A stretch of DNA of 64,000 nt from positions 124,001 to 188,000 of IMG/VR virus record IMGVR_UViG_3300044568_003163, one strand, 5' to 3'. The position numbers and the translations under genes were made by a program. Below are positions 18,630 through 27,681 of this stretch, one piece after another (position 1 is the stretch's first letter; each line of letters begins with the position of its first letter). The notes below the pieces were generated by a model. It saw only the letters and a program-made list of their open reading frames with translations. It made no database searches and had not been told where the DNA came from.

Positions 18630-19472
18630 TTAATTTTCGGTTTCTAATCTTTTAATTACGTCTTTGATATTTAAGAATGATATGATAAGACTTGGTAATC
18701 CTAATAGAGCATTACAAAAATCAAACATATATCGATAGGTAGAAAATACACTACCAACAGTTACTTTGTTGTACATTACATAATATGTTAATAGTGCGGT
18801 AACACTTCCATAAACAATAAATTGAATCCAAAATCCAAATTTTACATCGATTTGCGAAGCTTTAATTTGTAGCAATCTACTACGTCTTAACAAATTATTG
18901 ATACGATTTACCTTTCGGCTACTAACAATTTCAGTTTGTTCTTCTGATACGTCATTAGTTAATTTAGCTATACCTGCTAATTGAGGAGAAAAATAGAAGC
19001 TGACGAAAACTATTAAGATTCCGGTAAGTATCATAAATCCTACAATTGGCCAACTCACTAATGATAAAAAGTAAATTGAACCTATAACGCCTAAAACTGT
19101 TTGAATAACAACAACCATATCGAATTCAAAGAATCTAACAATGTTATTCATTAGGGTTAATCGACCATTGATTTTAGTTGTTTCTACTCCTGCTTCAAGT
19201 TGTTTATGCGTTTCAGTAGAAGCAAATTTTCGATAAATGCCAGAAAATACCCTAACATCATATAGTTTACCAAAATAACCTAATGCCATCATCGAACCAA
19301 ATACTAAGATTAAATACCAAGCGTAATAATAATCTTTTGCCATTAAATGGTCAATTGTATTTCCTAATACTTTAGGTTGTATGATTGTTAAAGCTGAATG
19401 TACAGCAAACAAAAAATAAGATAGAAGGATGGTTTTCCAATTAGCTTTAAATATTACCTTTAATTTATTCAC
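18630..19472 (-). CDS. ABC-transporter-like six-TM domain protein (no ATPase)
   Basis: about six TM segments; PKVLGNTID, YDVRVFSGIY, FFEFD, TVGSVFS. Confidence 0.7.
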   Translation of the reverse strand: MNKLKVIFKANWKTILLSYFLFAVHSALTIIQPKVLGNTIDHLMAKDYYYAWYLILVFGSMMALGYFGKLYDVRVFSGIYRKFASTETHKQLEAGVETTKINGRLTLMNNIVRFFEFDMVVVIQTVLGVIGSIYFLSLVSWPIVGFMILTGILIVFVSFYFSPQLAGIAKLTNDVSEEQTEIVSSRKVNRINNLLRRSRLLQIKASQIDVKFGFWIQFIVYGSVTALLTYYVMYNKVTVGSVFSTYRYMFDFCNALLGLPSLIISFLNIKDVIKRLETEN

Positions 19473-19686
19473 CTAATAGTATTTTTATAGTTTTGTCGTA
19501 TTCGTATTTTTTACCTTCTACTAAAATATTAGAAAGAACGGTCAATCCGCTTAATATTTGTTCGTATTCTTCGATAGTTCTAGCATTTGTACCATCTGGT
19601 AATCTGCGATAAAATATATCACCAGTTTCTACGTCAAAGAGAACTACGTCGTTCTCGAATTTTTGTCTAATCCCAATCGTTTGCAT
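19465..19686 (-). CDS. hypothetical protein
   Basis: ORF packing. Confidence 0.65.
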   Translation of the reverse strand: MQTIGIRQKFENDVVLFDVETGDIFYRRLPDGTNARTIEEYEQILSGLTVLSNILVEGKKYEYDKTIKILLGE

Positions 19687-20078
19687 ATTCTATATTTTAT
19701 TGAATGTAGATGTAACTTAAATAAAGCCCAGCTACTTATTTCTTTAATTACTTGTTTTTTTATTTCAAATTCTGCTTTATCGATAGTAAAATCTAAAGGT
19801 TCAACCATTTCGTATTTACTAGCATCTACCATTGTAGTTGGTAATTCCGTAATTATTGGATCTGTCTTTACTGACATATCGTATTTTACCTTCTTGGATG
19901 TAGGTGGTAAATCTCCTAAGCATTTATTACCCCAATCGATATAGAATTGTTTATCATAACATATTTTATCTAAGAACTCGGATTTTGACAAAATGTCAAA
20001 TCTGTTTGAGTGAATTACCGGATGGTTGTTATGATAGTATAAATATTTTTGATATGCTTCTTCCACCTTAGTTGCCAT
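19644..20078 (-). CDS. hypothetical protein
   Basis: ORF packing. Confidence 0.65.
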   Translation of the reverse strand: MATKVEEAYQKYLYYHNNHPVIHSNRFDILSKSEFLDKICYDKQFYIDWGNKCLGDLPPTSKKVKYDMSVKTDPIITELPTTMVDASKYEMVEPLDFTIDKAEFEIKKQVIKEISSWALFKLHLHSIKYRICKRLGLDKNSRTT

Positions 20079-20565
20079 AAGAGTTAATGAATTTGAAATC
20101 TTCTCGTATTTGCATCAGGATTTTACCTAGCATATTTTCTCCTTCTCCTTCACAAACACCCCAAAATGTATCTTTCCAATGGTTACCTTCAACTAGTAGT
20201 TTATCGCCAGTGTCTAATAGCCATCTACGAATACCTTTGTTTCTGTAGAATTTATCAAAAATTACAGCGTACATTACTTCGACTCTGACTTCGTTCCAAT
20301 CTGGTCTTAGTTTAATAGTTCGACCGAGGGCTTTTGCTTCTTTAGGAGAAATATGAACAAATTGGAGACGTTCGTCTCTATCTAAAGTTTTTGCTGCCAT
20401 AAAGGCATTTTCTGTTGATGGGTACATTACACCTTCATAATAAACTGGACATTCATGGAAATTTGATAGCCATCGATATCCACCAAAAAATCCATTGATT
20501 TCTTTGTCGCTCCATACAATGTAATCTCTCATCACACCGCCTATTTCATGTCCTTTAATATTCAT
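20068..20565 (-). CDS. NADAR (YbiA-like) family protein
   Basis: LSNFH...YPSTENAFMAAK...DW...LLDTG..LVEGNHWKDTFWG...GENMLGKILM. Confidence 0.9.
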   Translation of the reverse strand: MNIKGHEIGGVMRDYIVWSDKEINGFFGGYRWLSNFHECPVYYEGVMYPSTENAFMAAKTLDRDERLQFVHISPKEAKALGRTIKLRPDWNEVRVEVMYAVIFDKFYRNKGIRRWLLDTGDKLLVEGNHWKDTFWGVCEGEGENMLGKILMQIREDFKFINSYGN

Positions 20566-21335
20566 TATCTAATTGATTTTGTTAAATGTAATTGTTCGTA
20601 ATAAAAATTATCTGCTGAACCTGGAGTAATAACGATAGTAGACCATTCAGTAAGAGTCATAGCTTTGCTGCCATCTGACATTTCGGTGTCGTTGATTTCT
20701 CGATTTGCAATTAAATAGTGAAGGCCTTTCTCTCTAATCGTATTTTGCCTACCAAATAAAATGGTATCATCATCAGCAATTAGTCGAGGATGTACAAATA
20801 CTTGAATTCTATCTAGTAAATTACCTACATAATAAATATTAGTTTCACCAGAATTGACAGGATTAAAATGAGCAAAAGAAGACATTTCCATAATAATAGA
20901 AGCCATTTTGTAATTAACAACAATAAACTTATATGGTGGCTTGCCATTATTTAGCGCAGTCTTAATGATGTATTCTTCGAAACCTTTTAGGTTATGAATT
21001 TTCCTAGTGAACTTATAGCCGAATAGTTTAGTAATCAACTTCTTCAACCATTGCCATTTTACCTTAACTGATTGCTTAGTAAGATTTCCTAAAATACACA
21101 TACCTTGATAGCAATTATGTTCTAGCTTTTCGTCTATTCTATCAGCTAATTGTTTTCTTAGAACTGAATGCATATCAGGAATTTGAGATAACATCTCTGG
21201 TGTATATTGTTGAACTAAAGTTTCTTTGTTCATTGAGTATTGCACATCCTTAGTATTCCAATACCCGTCACCATATCGATAGTTACCATGAGTGCCTACT
21301 ACTTTTTGCTTAGATATTAAATCAAATAACCGCAT
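20565..21335 (-). CDS. truncated T4 gp23-like (major capsid) paralog
   Basis: KFIVVNYKMASII, YYVGNLLDRIQVFVHP, DTILFG..GLHY resemble the gp23 C-terminal half. Confidence 0.55.
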   Translation of the reverse strand: MRLFDLISKQKVVGTHGNYRYGDGYWNTKDVQYSMNKETLVQQYTPEMLSQIPDMHSVLRKQLADRIDEKLEHNCYQGMCILGNLTKQSVKVKWQWLKKLITKLFGYKFTRKIHNLKGFEEYIIKTALNNGKPPYKFIVVNYKMASIIMEMSSFAHFNPVNSGETNIYYVGNLLDRIQVFVHPRLIADDDTILFGRQNTIREKGLHYLIANREINDTEMSDGSKAMTLTEWSTIVITPGSADNFYYEQLHLTKSIR

Positions 21336-21534
21336 ACATTTTTTCTAAATTAGTGGTTTCTACTTTCTTGCATTTCTCGATTGGGTACCAAGAGTTACCA
21401 ATGATGTTATTCATTGCTGACCAATCTCCTCTTAATTCAAGTTCATGCTCACGAATTCCAACTACCGTAAACTTTTCTGTTGCATAGTAATCCGTAAGCA
21501 CTTCATCAAATAATTGTACGTCTGTATATTTCAT
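21322..21534 (-). CDS. hypothetical protein
   Basis: ORF packing. Confidence 0.65.
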   Translation of the reverse strand: MKYTDVQLFDEVLTDYYATEKFTVVGIREHELELRGDWSAMNNIIGNSWYPIEKCKKVETTNLEKMYAVI

Positions 21535-22031
21535 TATGCAAATCTAAATTGTTTAAGGAATGTGCGCAAGAAAACTATTGTATCTGCATCATCACCGAAT
21601 TGTTTCTTCCATTCGATAAATTCTATTTCTCGATATTCATCTAAGTCTTCAGGTCCTCTGCCGTTATGGAATTTCATTGGCACTAAGTCAGGATAGGTTT
21701 CTTTGTCCCATACTCTATCGTCAACTAAAAATACTATGGCTGTCATTTGATCGCCTAAATCCGGCTCATAAAACTTTGCTAACTTAATGTTGTTTTGTAA
21801 CAACGTAGTCAAATGCTGATTAAGAGTTCCTTGAGTATATTGATTAGTATTTGTAGTACCACCGTTCAATACAATAACCGTTTTGTCGTATCTTGACCAT
21901 CTCCAATAAGCACTGGTATCACTAAATTCATTTGCATACTCAATAGCCGCATGCATAAATTGAATACCGCCTTGCATTCCAGTTAATTGGTAAGGCACTA
22001 AGCCATACATTCTATATTTTCTATCTTCCAT
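21534..22031 (-). CDS. peptidyl-tRNA hydrolase 2-like protein
   Basis: QFMHAAIEY...KTVIVL...FYEPDLGDQMTAI. Confidence 0.7.
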   Translation of the reverse strand: MEDRKYRMYGLVPYQLTGMQGGIQFMHAAIEYANEFSDTSAYWRWSRYDKTVIVLNGGTTNTNQYTQGTLNQHLTTLLQNNIKLAKFYEPDLGDQMTAIVFLVDDRVWDKETYPDLVPMKFHNGRGPEDLDEYREIEFIEWKKQFGDDADTIVFLRTFLKQFRFA

Positions 22032-22263
22032 TTAATTTTGCGTATCGGTTAACAATTTCGTCTTTGAAAAGTAAAACGGCAATCAAAGCAGCACCATCAG
22101 GGTAATGTTGAGCAATTTTATCTTTTAGTTCTTTTACCTTACCTTCAAATAATTTACCGGTAAGTTCATATCTCACTAAGTCTTGTGCACACAATATCAT
22201 ATCTTCGTCAATGATATTATGCAAATCAACTTTCCATTCTGCAATTAATTCGTCGTCGTTCAT
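22021..22263 (-). CDS. hypothetical protein
   Basis: ORF packing. Confidence 0.65.
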   Translation of the reverse strand: MNDDELIAEWKVDLHNIIDEDMILCAQDLVRYELTGKLFEGKVKELKDKIAQHYPDGAALIAVLLFKDEIVNRYAKLNGR

Positions 22264-22829
22264 TATAGTATTTCGTCAATTACACCTAATTTTTTTGCTT
22301 CTTCACTATCCATAAACCAATCTTTTTTAGTTTTATAGATACGCTCTAATTTCTTTTGAGTGATTTTTGTGCTACTCAAAGTTACATCTTCAATTAAAGC
22401 TTGTAATCTTTTTGCTTCAATAATTTCCTCTTCCATTTCTTTTACTTTACCAATAGCACCTGAAGATACTTGGTGATATAAGTAAGTTGAACGAGGATAT
22501 CCAAATCTTTTGTGACCGGAAATAGAAATTAAGAATCCACAGGACATAGCACATCCAGTTACGATTGTGTGGATAGGCACTGTACTCGCTTTCATTAAGC
22601 TAATTAAGCCCATACATTGATAAACATAACCGCCATAAGAATCAATATACATCTTAATAGGTTTTGTTTCGTAAGTTAAATCGTAAGCCGCATAGATTTT
22701 CTTTAGCTTCTCGTCATCTTCGTTGATTGCAATGATAGCTCTAGATAGAGTATTAATGGAATCTTGGTCAACTTGTTTAGATAGGAAAATGTTGCGGTTA
22801 AGAGGTTCTGGTAAACTTATTGCTGACAT
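22263..22829 (-). CDS. clpP: ClpP-family protease subunit
   Basis: IDSYGG, CAMSCG (Ser), YHQ (His), EAKKLGVIDEI. Confidence 0.85.
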   Translation of the reverse strand: MSAISLPEPLNRNIFLSKQVDQDSINTLSRAIIAINEDDEKLKKIYAAYDLTYETKPIKMYIDSYGGYVYQCMGLISLMKASTVPIHTIVTGCAMSCGFLISISGHKRFGYPRSTYLYHQVSSGAIGKVKEMEEEIIEAKRLQALIEDVTLSSTKITQKKLERIYKTKKDWFMDSEEAKKLGVIDEIL

Positions 22830-22845
22830 AAATTGAGTTTAATGA

Positions 22846-23175
22846 TTAATCTTCGTCTTCGTCTTCTTCGTCTTCTTCTGGTGCTTGATTCCAAAATTCG
22901 GTAAATCCAAATTCAGTTCCAAACATCTTAAGGATAAAATTCATTTCTTCTGATGTGATGTCTTCTACATCTACTTCAGCTAAAAGAGCATTACCGTTCG
23001 AATATTCAATTCCTTCATTTGTACCTACATAAATTTCAAAGTCTAGTTTTTTCTGCTCTAAACGAGATTTCCAATCTTCATATTCATTTGCAGTGGTAAC
23101 TACAAATCCTTGAATATCCATTTCATCGGCCCAGTTAGAAGACCAAGTAAGCAACACATTTTTGTTTCCTGACAT
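22846..23175 (-). CDS. acidic hypothetical protein
   Basis: NWADEMD, GTNE motifs; acidic tail. Confidence 0.7.
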   Translation of the reverse strand: MSGNKNVLLTWSSNWADEMDIQGFVVTTANEYEDWKSRLEQKKLDFEIYVGTNEGIEYSNGNALLAEVDVEDITSEEMNFILKMFGTEFGFTEFWNQAPEEDEEDEDED

Positions 23176-23191
23176 ATTTATAATTATTTGT

Positions 23192-23581
23192 TTATTTACA
23201 TAATTTTAGGCATAACCTAAAGTATTTTTCTCCTGGTCGATCTGAATAAAAGTAAAAATCAACATAATCCCAACTTCGATTTTCTAATGCTATTCTAACG
23301 CTGGATTCTAGATAGTCGTCATCTACTAAAGTAATTAAAAAATTGTATTCTCTAATAAATATTTGTTTAGATTTTACATACATCTTGTAATTACGACTAG
23401 GTGTAATAATAGAAATAGTATTTGTATGTTTGTCTTCGTAAAAAACAACTTCACCGTGAACCGGTAAAATATCCCAACCTTCAGCGGTTCTTACGTCGAT
23501 GGATTCAAATTCAAATCTCTTTTCTTGACTAAATGCCAATGAAGAAATTACGAATAAAATTACAAATATTAAGTTTCTCAT
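23192..23581 (-). CDS. secreted hypothetical protein
   Basis: signal peptide ending AFS-Q. Confidence 0.7.
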   Translation of the reverse strand: MRNLIFVILFVISSLAFSQEKRFEFESIDVRTAEGWDILPVHGEVVFYEDKHTNTISIITPSRNYKMYVKSKQIFIREYNFLITLVDDDYLESSVRIALENRSWDYVDFYFYSDRPGEKYFRLCLKLCK

Positions 23582-23588
23582 ATAAGTG

Positions 23589-23616
23589 TTATATGTTGAT
23601 GTTAATCCATTGTTTC
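23589..23616 (-). promoter_or_regulatory. class II promoter GAAACA-N15-CATATAA
   Basis: repeated motif. Confidence 0.65.
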
Positions 23617-24315
23617 TAAGACGTCTAACATAAATTGCATACCTACGGTAGCTGGTAATTGAATGTGTTGAAATACCTTCTGAACATAAGTCGGAATTTC
23701 AAATCCTAATTCTCCAGGATCTACACAATAAATAGGAGTGTTAGGTTTAGTGTGGAATGGAATTTCGTTTGCTGGAGAAACTAACATAGAAGTTCCAATG
23801 ATAATACACACATCACATTCTCTTGCTGCGTTGATAGCTTTGTCTGTATCTTTCTCATTTAAACCTTCACCAAACCAAACAATATGAGGACGTAATTGTG
23901 AACCTTTCTCGCATTTATCACCGATTAGAGTATCTTTGTCTGTATCGTAGACCAACGAAGAATTTAAACTCGAACGAACTTTAGTCAACTCACCATGCAA
24001 ATGGACTACATTCGTAGAACCAGCTCGTTCATGCAAATTATCAACATTCTGAGTCACTACGGTGACATTGAAAAGAGTTTCTAATTGAGCAATTATTAAA
24101 TGAGCTTCATTTGGCTCTACTGTCTTTAATTGTGCTCTACGTTTATTGTAGAAATCTAGCACCTTTTCTCGGTCTTTTCTCCAAGCGTTTGGCGTTGCTA
24201 CATCTTCGATTTTGACGTTTTCCCAAAGCGCATTCTGTCCATCTCTAAAGGTTTCTACTCCACTTTCTTTTGATACTCCAGCACCTGAAAATATCAGCAA
24301 TTTTTTCTTTTCCAT
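23602..24315 (-). CDS. cobB: Sir2/CobB NAD-dependent deacylase
   Basis: GAGVSKESG, TQNVDNLHERAG, LHG, RPHIVWFGE, GTS. Confidence 0.92.
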   Translation of the reverse strand: MEKKKLLIFSGAGVSKESGVETFRDGQNALWENVKIEDVATPNAWRKDREKVLDFYNKRRAQLKTVEPNEAHLIIAQLETLFNVTVVTQNVDNLHERAGSTNVVHLHGELTKVRSSLNSSLVYDTDKDTLIGDKCEKGSQLRPHIVWFGEGLNEKDTDKAINAARECDVCIIIGTSMLVSPANEIPFHTKPNTPIYCVDPGELGFEIPTYVQKVFQHIQLPATVGMQFMLDVLETMD

Positions 24316-24605
24316 TATCTATAACCTGCTTTATATTCTGCGTCTTCTAATTTGTCGGATAATCTACTTGCATGAACTGATGGATAAAATTCATCATAAG
24401 TAGTTTCCGGTGCAGGTTTAAATCGATTTGAGGTTGCCGACATAATTCCTTTACCATTTCTACCATCCATTTCAACAAATAAGATAACTACCAATTGGGT
24501 ATTATGTGTTCCATTAGGCACTAACTTCATGTCAACAAGCGTTCCGATTCGGCCGTCTTCGTAAAGAACTCTTTCGCCGATTTTAATTTCTATTAATGAA
24601 CTCAT
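24315..24605 (-). CDS. hypothetical protein
   Basis: ORF packing. Confidence 0.65.
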   Translation of the reverse strand: MSSLIEIKIGERVLYEDGRIGTLVDMKLVPNGTHNTQLVVILFVEMDGRNGKGIMSATSNRFKPAPETTYDEFYPSVHASRLSDKLEDAEYKAGYR

Positions 24606-24913
24606 ATCGTTTTAAATTTAGCATCGTTAAACAGTTCATCATAATTTGGTTCGTCGTAATCTACTCGCTCTGCATGTGGTTGAATGTCCAACCAATCCAT
24701 ATCATTTTTAATCCAATCCAACGCAATGTCTGGATTTAAAGTAGATTCATAATATTCTCGATACTTATTAGCTTCGATTTTATCATCGCCTTTGAAGTTT
24801 TTGATGTCAACGATAAAGGGTGCATAATGTTTTGCTCTATTGTGAGCAACTATCCTAATTGGCACTAAAAATTTATGACCGTTAGGAAATTTGATTTTGA
24901 TATACTCTTGCAT
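24602..24913 (-). CDS. hypothetical protein
   Basis: ORF packing. Confidence 0.7.
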   Translation of the reverse strand: MQEYIKIKFPNGHKFLVPIRIVAHNRAKHYAPFIVDIKNFKGDDKIEANKYREYYESTLNPDIALDWIKNDMDWLDIQPHAERVDYDEPNYDELFNDAKFKTI

Positions 24914-24916
24914 AGC

Positions 24917-25201
24917 TTAATATTTAATAATCATCGAAAGGCTGTCACCAACTTCTTTGTTTTCATTTACACGAACCCAAACATTAGTTCCTTTTAAGTG
25001 ACATTTCCAATAAGGACTTACCTGTAAAGTATTGTCCTTTCCTGATGCATGATAATCTACGCTATCAATAGCAAAAGTTTTACTGTTTTCTTTGAATTGA
25101 TGTTTGCTCGCATTTTCTACGCTAGAAATAAATACTTTCATGCATAAACCTAATGACATTAAACATAACCCAATTAATACCCAAATTGTAGCTCTATTCA
25201 T
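24917..25201 (-). CDS. membrane-anchored hypothetical protein
   Basis: N-terminal TM. Confidence 0.65.
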   Translation of the reverse strand: MNRATIWVLIGLCLMSLGLCMKVFISSVENASKHQFKENSKTFAIDSVDYHASGKDNTLQVSPYWKCHLKGTNVWVRVNENKEVGDSLSMIIKY

Positions 25202-25219
25202 AATTTTCTATTTTATATG

Positions 25220-25717
25220 TTAACCGAATTCAATCATTCCATCCGGATGATTAATCCAAAATTCTTTTAATTTCTCCATTCCAAATTCAGAGATTTCACA
25301 TTTACCTTCAGCATAATCTAAAGTTTCTTGTAAAGAAAACAACATATCATCTGGATATCCGTAGATTCGAAAAAGGTCGTGAGGTAATTCATCAGTAGAT
25401 TCATAGAATCCTCGACCTTCAAGATAATAACCTACTTTCATACTCAATTCCATGCTTTTCGAGAATATCCAATCATCAGTAAATTCTCCTATTTTCAGCA
25501 TTTCTAACATTTCGGTTAGAGTTGGCTTTTGAGATTCTGCCCATTCCGGAGTCCATTCTGGATATGCCTCGAGTAAATCTTGGTCAAAAGATTCTCTATC
25601 GTTAATTAGCCTTTCAACAAAGCTCATTTCCTTCTCGTAAGCTTTTACTACTTTTTGTATAGCTTCTTCTCGAGTAAATCCTTTTACTTTTTTATGAAAC
25701 CAAGTATGACATCCCAT
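25220..25717 (-). CDS. hypothetical protein
   Basis: MGCHTWF...HPDGMIEFG. Confidence 0.75.
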   Translation of the reverse strand: MGCHTWFHKKVKGFTREEAIQKVVKAYEKEMSFVERLINDRESFDQDLLEAYPEWTPEWAESQKPTLTEMLEMLKIGEFTDDWIFSKSMELSMKVGYYLEGRGFYESTDELPHDLFRIYGYPDDMLFSLQETLDYAEGKCEISEFGMEKLKEFWINHPDGMIEFG

Positions 25718-25718
25718 A

Positions 25719-25946
25719 TTATTCAGTTGTTAAGTTTTTAATTTTCTTATAGTTTTTGATAATTCGACCAAATTGTGCAATTGATATAAAATCTTCGGTA
25801 GAAACTTCATCAGGTTTTAATCCATGAGGTGCAGTTTCTGGCATTTTAAATACGATACTACCCTTTTCGAATCTCATTAAGTCTTCTAATTCGACCATAT
25901 AAAAATCTGATAGTCTTTCTAATTCCATTAACGTAGGCTCTGTCAT
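25719..25946 (-). CDS. hypothetical protein
   Basis: ORF packing. Confidence 0.65.
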   Translation of the reverse strand: MTEPTLMELERLSDFYMVELEDLMRFEKGSIVFKMPETAPHGLKPDEVSTEDFISIAQFGRIIKNYKKIKNLTTE

Positions 25947-26473
25947 TATCTATTGAATTTAAAAGATTTATCTAGATTGTTTAAATCAAAATCAGCTAGC
26001 ATGTTATCAGCAGCACCAAAGATTTGTAGCATATCAAAGATTCCTTGGTCTTTCCAATCTTGAATTTGACGGTCACGTTTTACTGGTCGCATATCACCTA
26101 GTTGATGAAATCTCATGTGATTTTTACAAATAAGAGCCACGGTATCTGGATCTGCATTGTTTTGAGTACAAAAAGCTCTAACTTGCATATTGTCCATAAT
26201 CAATGTGAATGCAACATCATCATGTCCTGGAGAAGTAGGAAATCCAGTTTTAGGATTTTGTTTTACTGTATCGAATTTTGCAATATCATGTAGAACTCCT
26301 GCCATAATTAAATTAGGATTGCCGGTAGGAATTAGCCTATCCGTAACAATTTGAATGTGATGAAAAGCACTTGGCTCAGGATGAAAATCCGGACGCTCTC
26401 TAAGAAATTTCAATTGCTCTAACTTACGTTTGATAATGTGAGGAGCAGTATCGACGATTTGAGTAAAGTTCAT
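25946..26473 (-). CDS. HD-domain protein (CCA-enzyme/Pnkp-associated type)
   Basis: FHPE...H...LHDIAK...GH...NHM...AD. Confidence 0.8.
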   Translation of the reverse strand: MNFTQIVDTAPHIIKRKLEQLKFLRERPDFHPEPSAFHHIQIVTDRLIPTGNPNLIMAGVLHDIAKFDTVKQNPKTGFPTSPGHDDVAFTLIMDNMQVRAFCTQNNADPDTVALICKNHMRFHQLGDMRPVKRDRQIQDWKDQGIFDMLQIFGAADNMLADFDLNNLDKSFKFNR

Positions 26474-26480
26474 AATAGTT

Positions 26481-26549
26481 TTATTTATAAGACAAATATA
26501 ACAAAAAACCTCGATACTAGAAAATATCGAGGCTTAAAGTTGTTAACAA
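26481..26549 (-). promoter_or_regulatory. class I promoter with embedded hairpin
   Basis: TATATTTG, box TTGTTAACAACTTT, CCTCGATA/TATCGAGG stem plus T run. Confidence 0.75.
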
Positions 26550-26551
26550 TT

Positions 26552-27130
26552 TTACAAGCTTAGCAGCAAGTATTTTAGTTGTTGTTCGGTCAGATTGTAT
26601 CTGCTTTCACCATATACATAATCAATATAGAAAAAATGATTAGAAGGAAATGACATTGGCATAACTGGTATTATATCTGAAGCGAGAGATTTAGCAGATC
26701 CTCGGAGTCTTTCAGCTCTTTCTAATGCCCGGTTTTCATCTATTTCGGATTGATTAAATTTTAGCCATTGTTTCATCCATTGATTAATTACCGAATTGTT
26801 ACATTCAGTAAATTCAATATCAACTTTAGCAGTCATTACATTTTCAAAATTTTCAACTGGCTCAAACTCATTACCTAAATCACTAAAGGCTTGTATAAAT
26901 CGCCAATGAGTAATAATTGACTTTATAGAATCAAAAGAGATTTGACCGGTAGATAGTAAAGTAAACATTGGATTTCCATCTACTCTAGAATTACCAATAA
27001 ATTCTACTTTAAATTCTTGACCTGATCGAGGCATTTGGATATGTCGATACTTTCCTTTTTGTGTATCTAAAAGCTCCCAGCCATATTTATATTTGACCGG
27101 AACTTTTATTTTAATGACTTTATTGAACAT
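26552..27130 (-). CDS. hypothetical protein with C-terminal gp23-like segment
   Basis: LASDIIPVMPMSFPSNHFFYIDYVYG. Confidence 0.65.
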   Translation of the reverse strand: MFNKVIKIKVPVKYKYGWELLDTQKGKYRHIQMPRSGQEFKVEFIGNSRVDGNPMFTLLSTGQISFDSIKSIITHWRFIQAFSDLGNEFEPVENFENVMTAKVDIEFTECNNSVINQWMKQWLKFNQSEIDENRALERAERLRGSAKSLASDIIPVMPMSFPSNHFFYIDYVYGESRYNLTEQQLKYLLLSL

Positions 27131-27141
27131 GACTTTTTATT

Positions 27142-27681
27142 TTATTCGTCCCATTCAACTGATGGACATTGTTTTTCGTAAACCGCTTTGATGTACTCAA
27201 TAATCATCCATTTTTTTTCTGGTCTAGGTTTTCTACTAATAATATAACCATCTTCATCTCTAATAACCAAAGCTTCATATTGACGATTTTCATAGTCAGT
27301 GTGCAATTTCATTCCATACCATACTAATCCAACGATTACTGCTATTGCCACCACCATACAACCTAAAAATGCCATATTTTCTAAGACTGAATTTTTAGTA
27401 AATGTTATAAATAGACTAGCTAATGAAACTAGTGGAGTTAGTACACAAAATATGCAAATCCACATAAAAGCACCACATGCCATTTTAGCAAATAGATTGG
27501 CGTTCTTAAATTCATAAGATTCCCATAACATCCAAGGCAATCCAAGGACTACCGTTGGCAAAATTAGCATATACATGGCCACTACTTTCCAAAAGTAAGG
27601 ACATAAATTATTAGGCATTTTGTCTTCGTTATAGAACCAACGATACAACCTAGATGTGTAAGAAGATTTTTTTAATTTCAT
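27142..27681 (-). CDS. membrane protein
   Basis: NLCPYFW, three TM segments. Confidence 0.75.
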   Translation of the reverse strand: MKLKKSSYTSRLYRWFYNEDKMPNNLCPYFWKVVAMYMLILPTVVLGLPWMLWESYEFKNANLFAKMACGAFMWICIFCVLTPLVSLASLFITFTKNSVLENMAFLGCMVVAIAVIVGLVWYGMKLHTDYENRQYEALVIRDEDGYIISRKPRPEKKWMIIEYIKAVYEKQCPSVEWDE

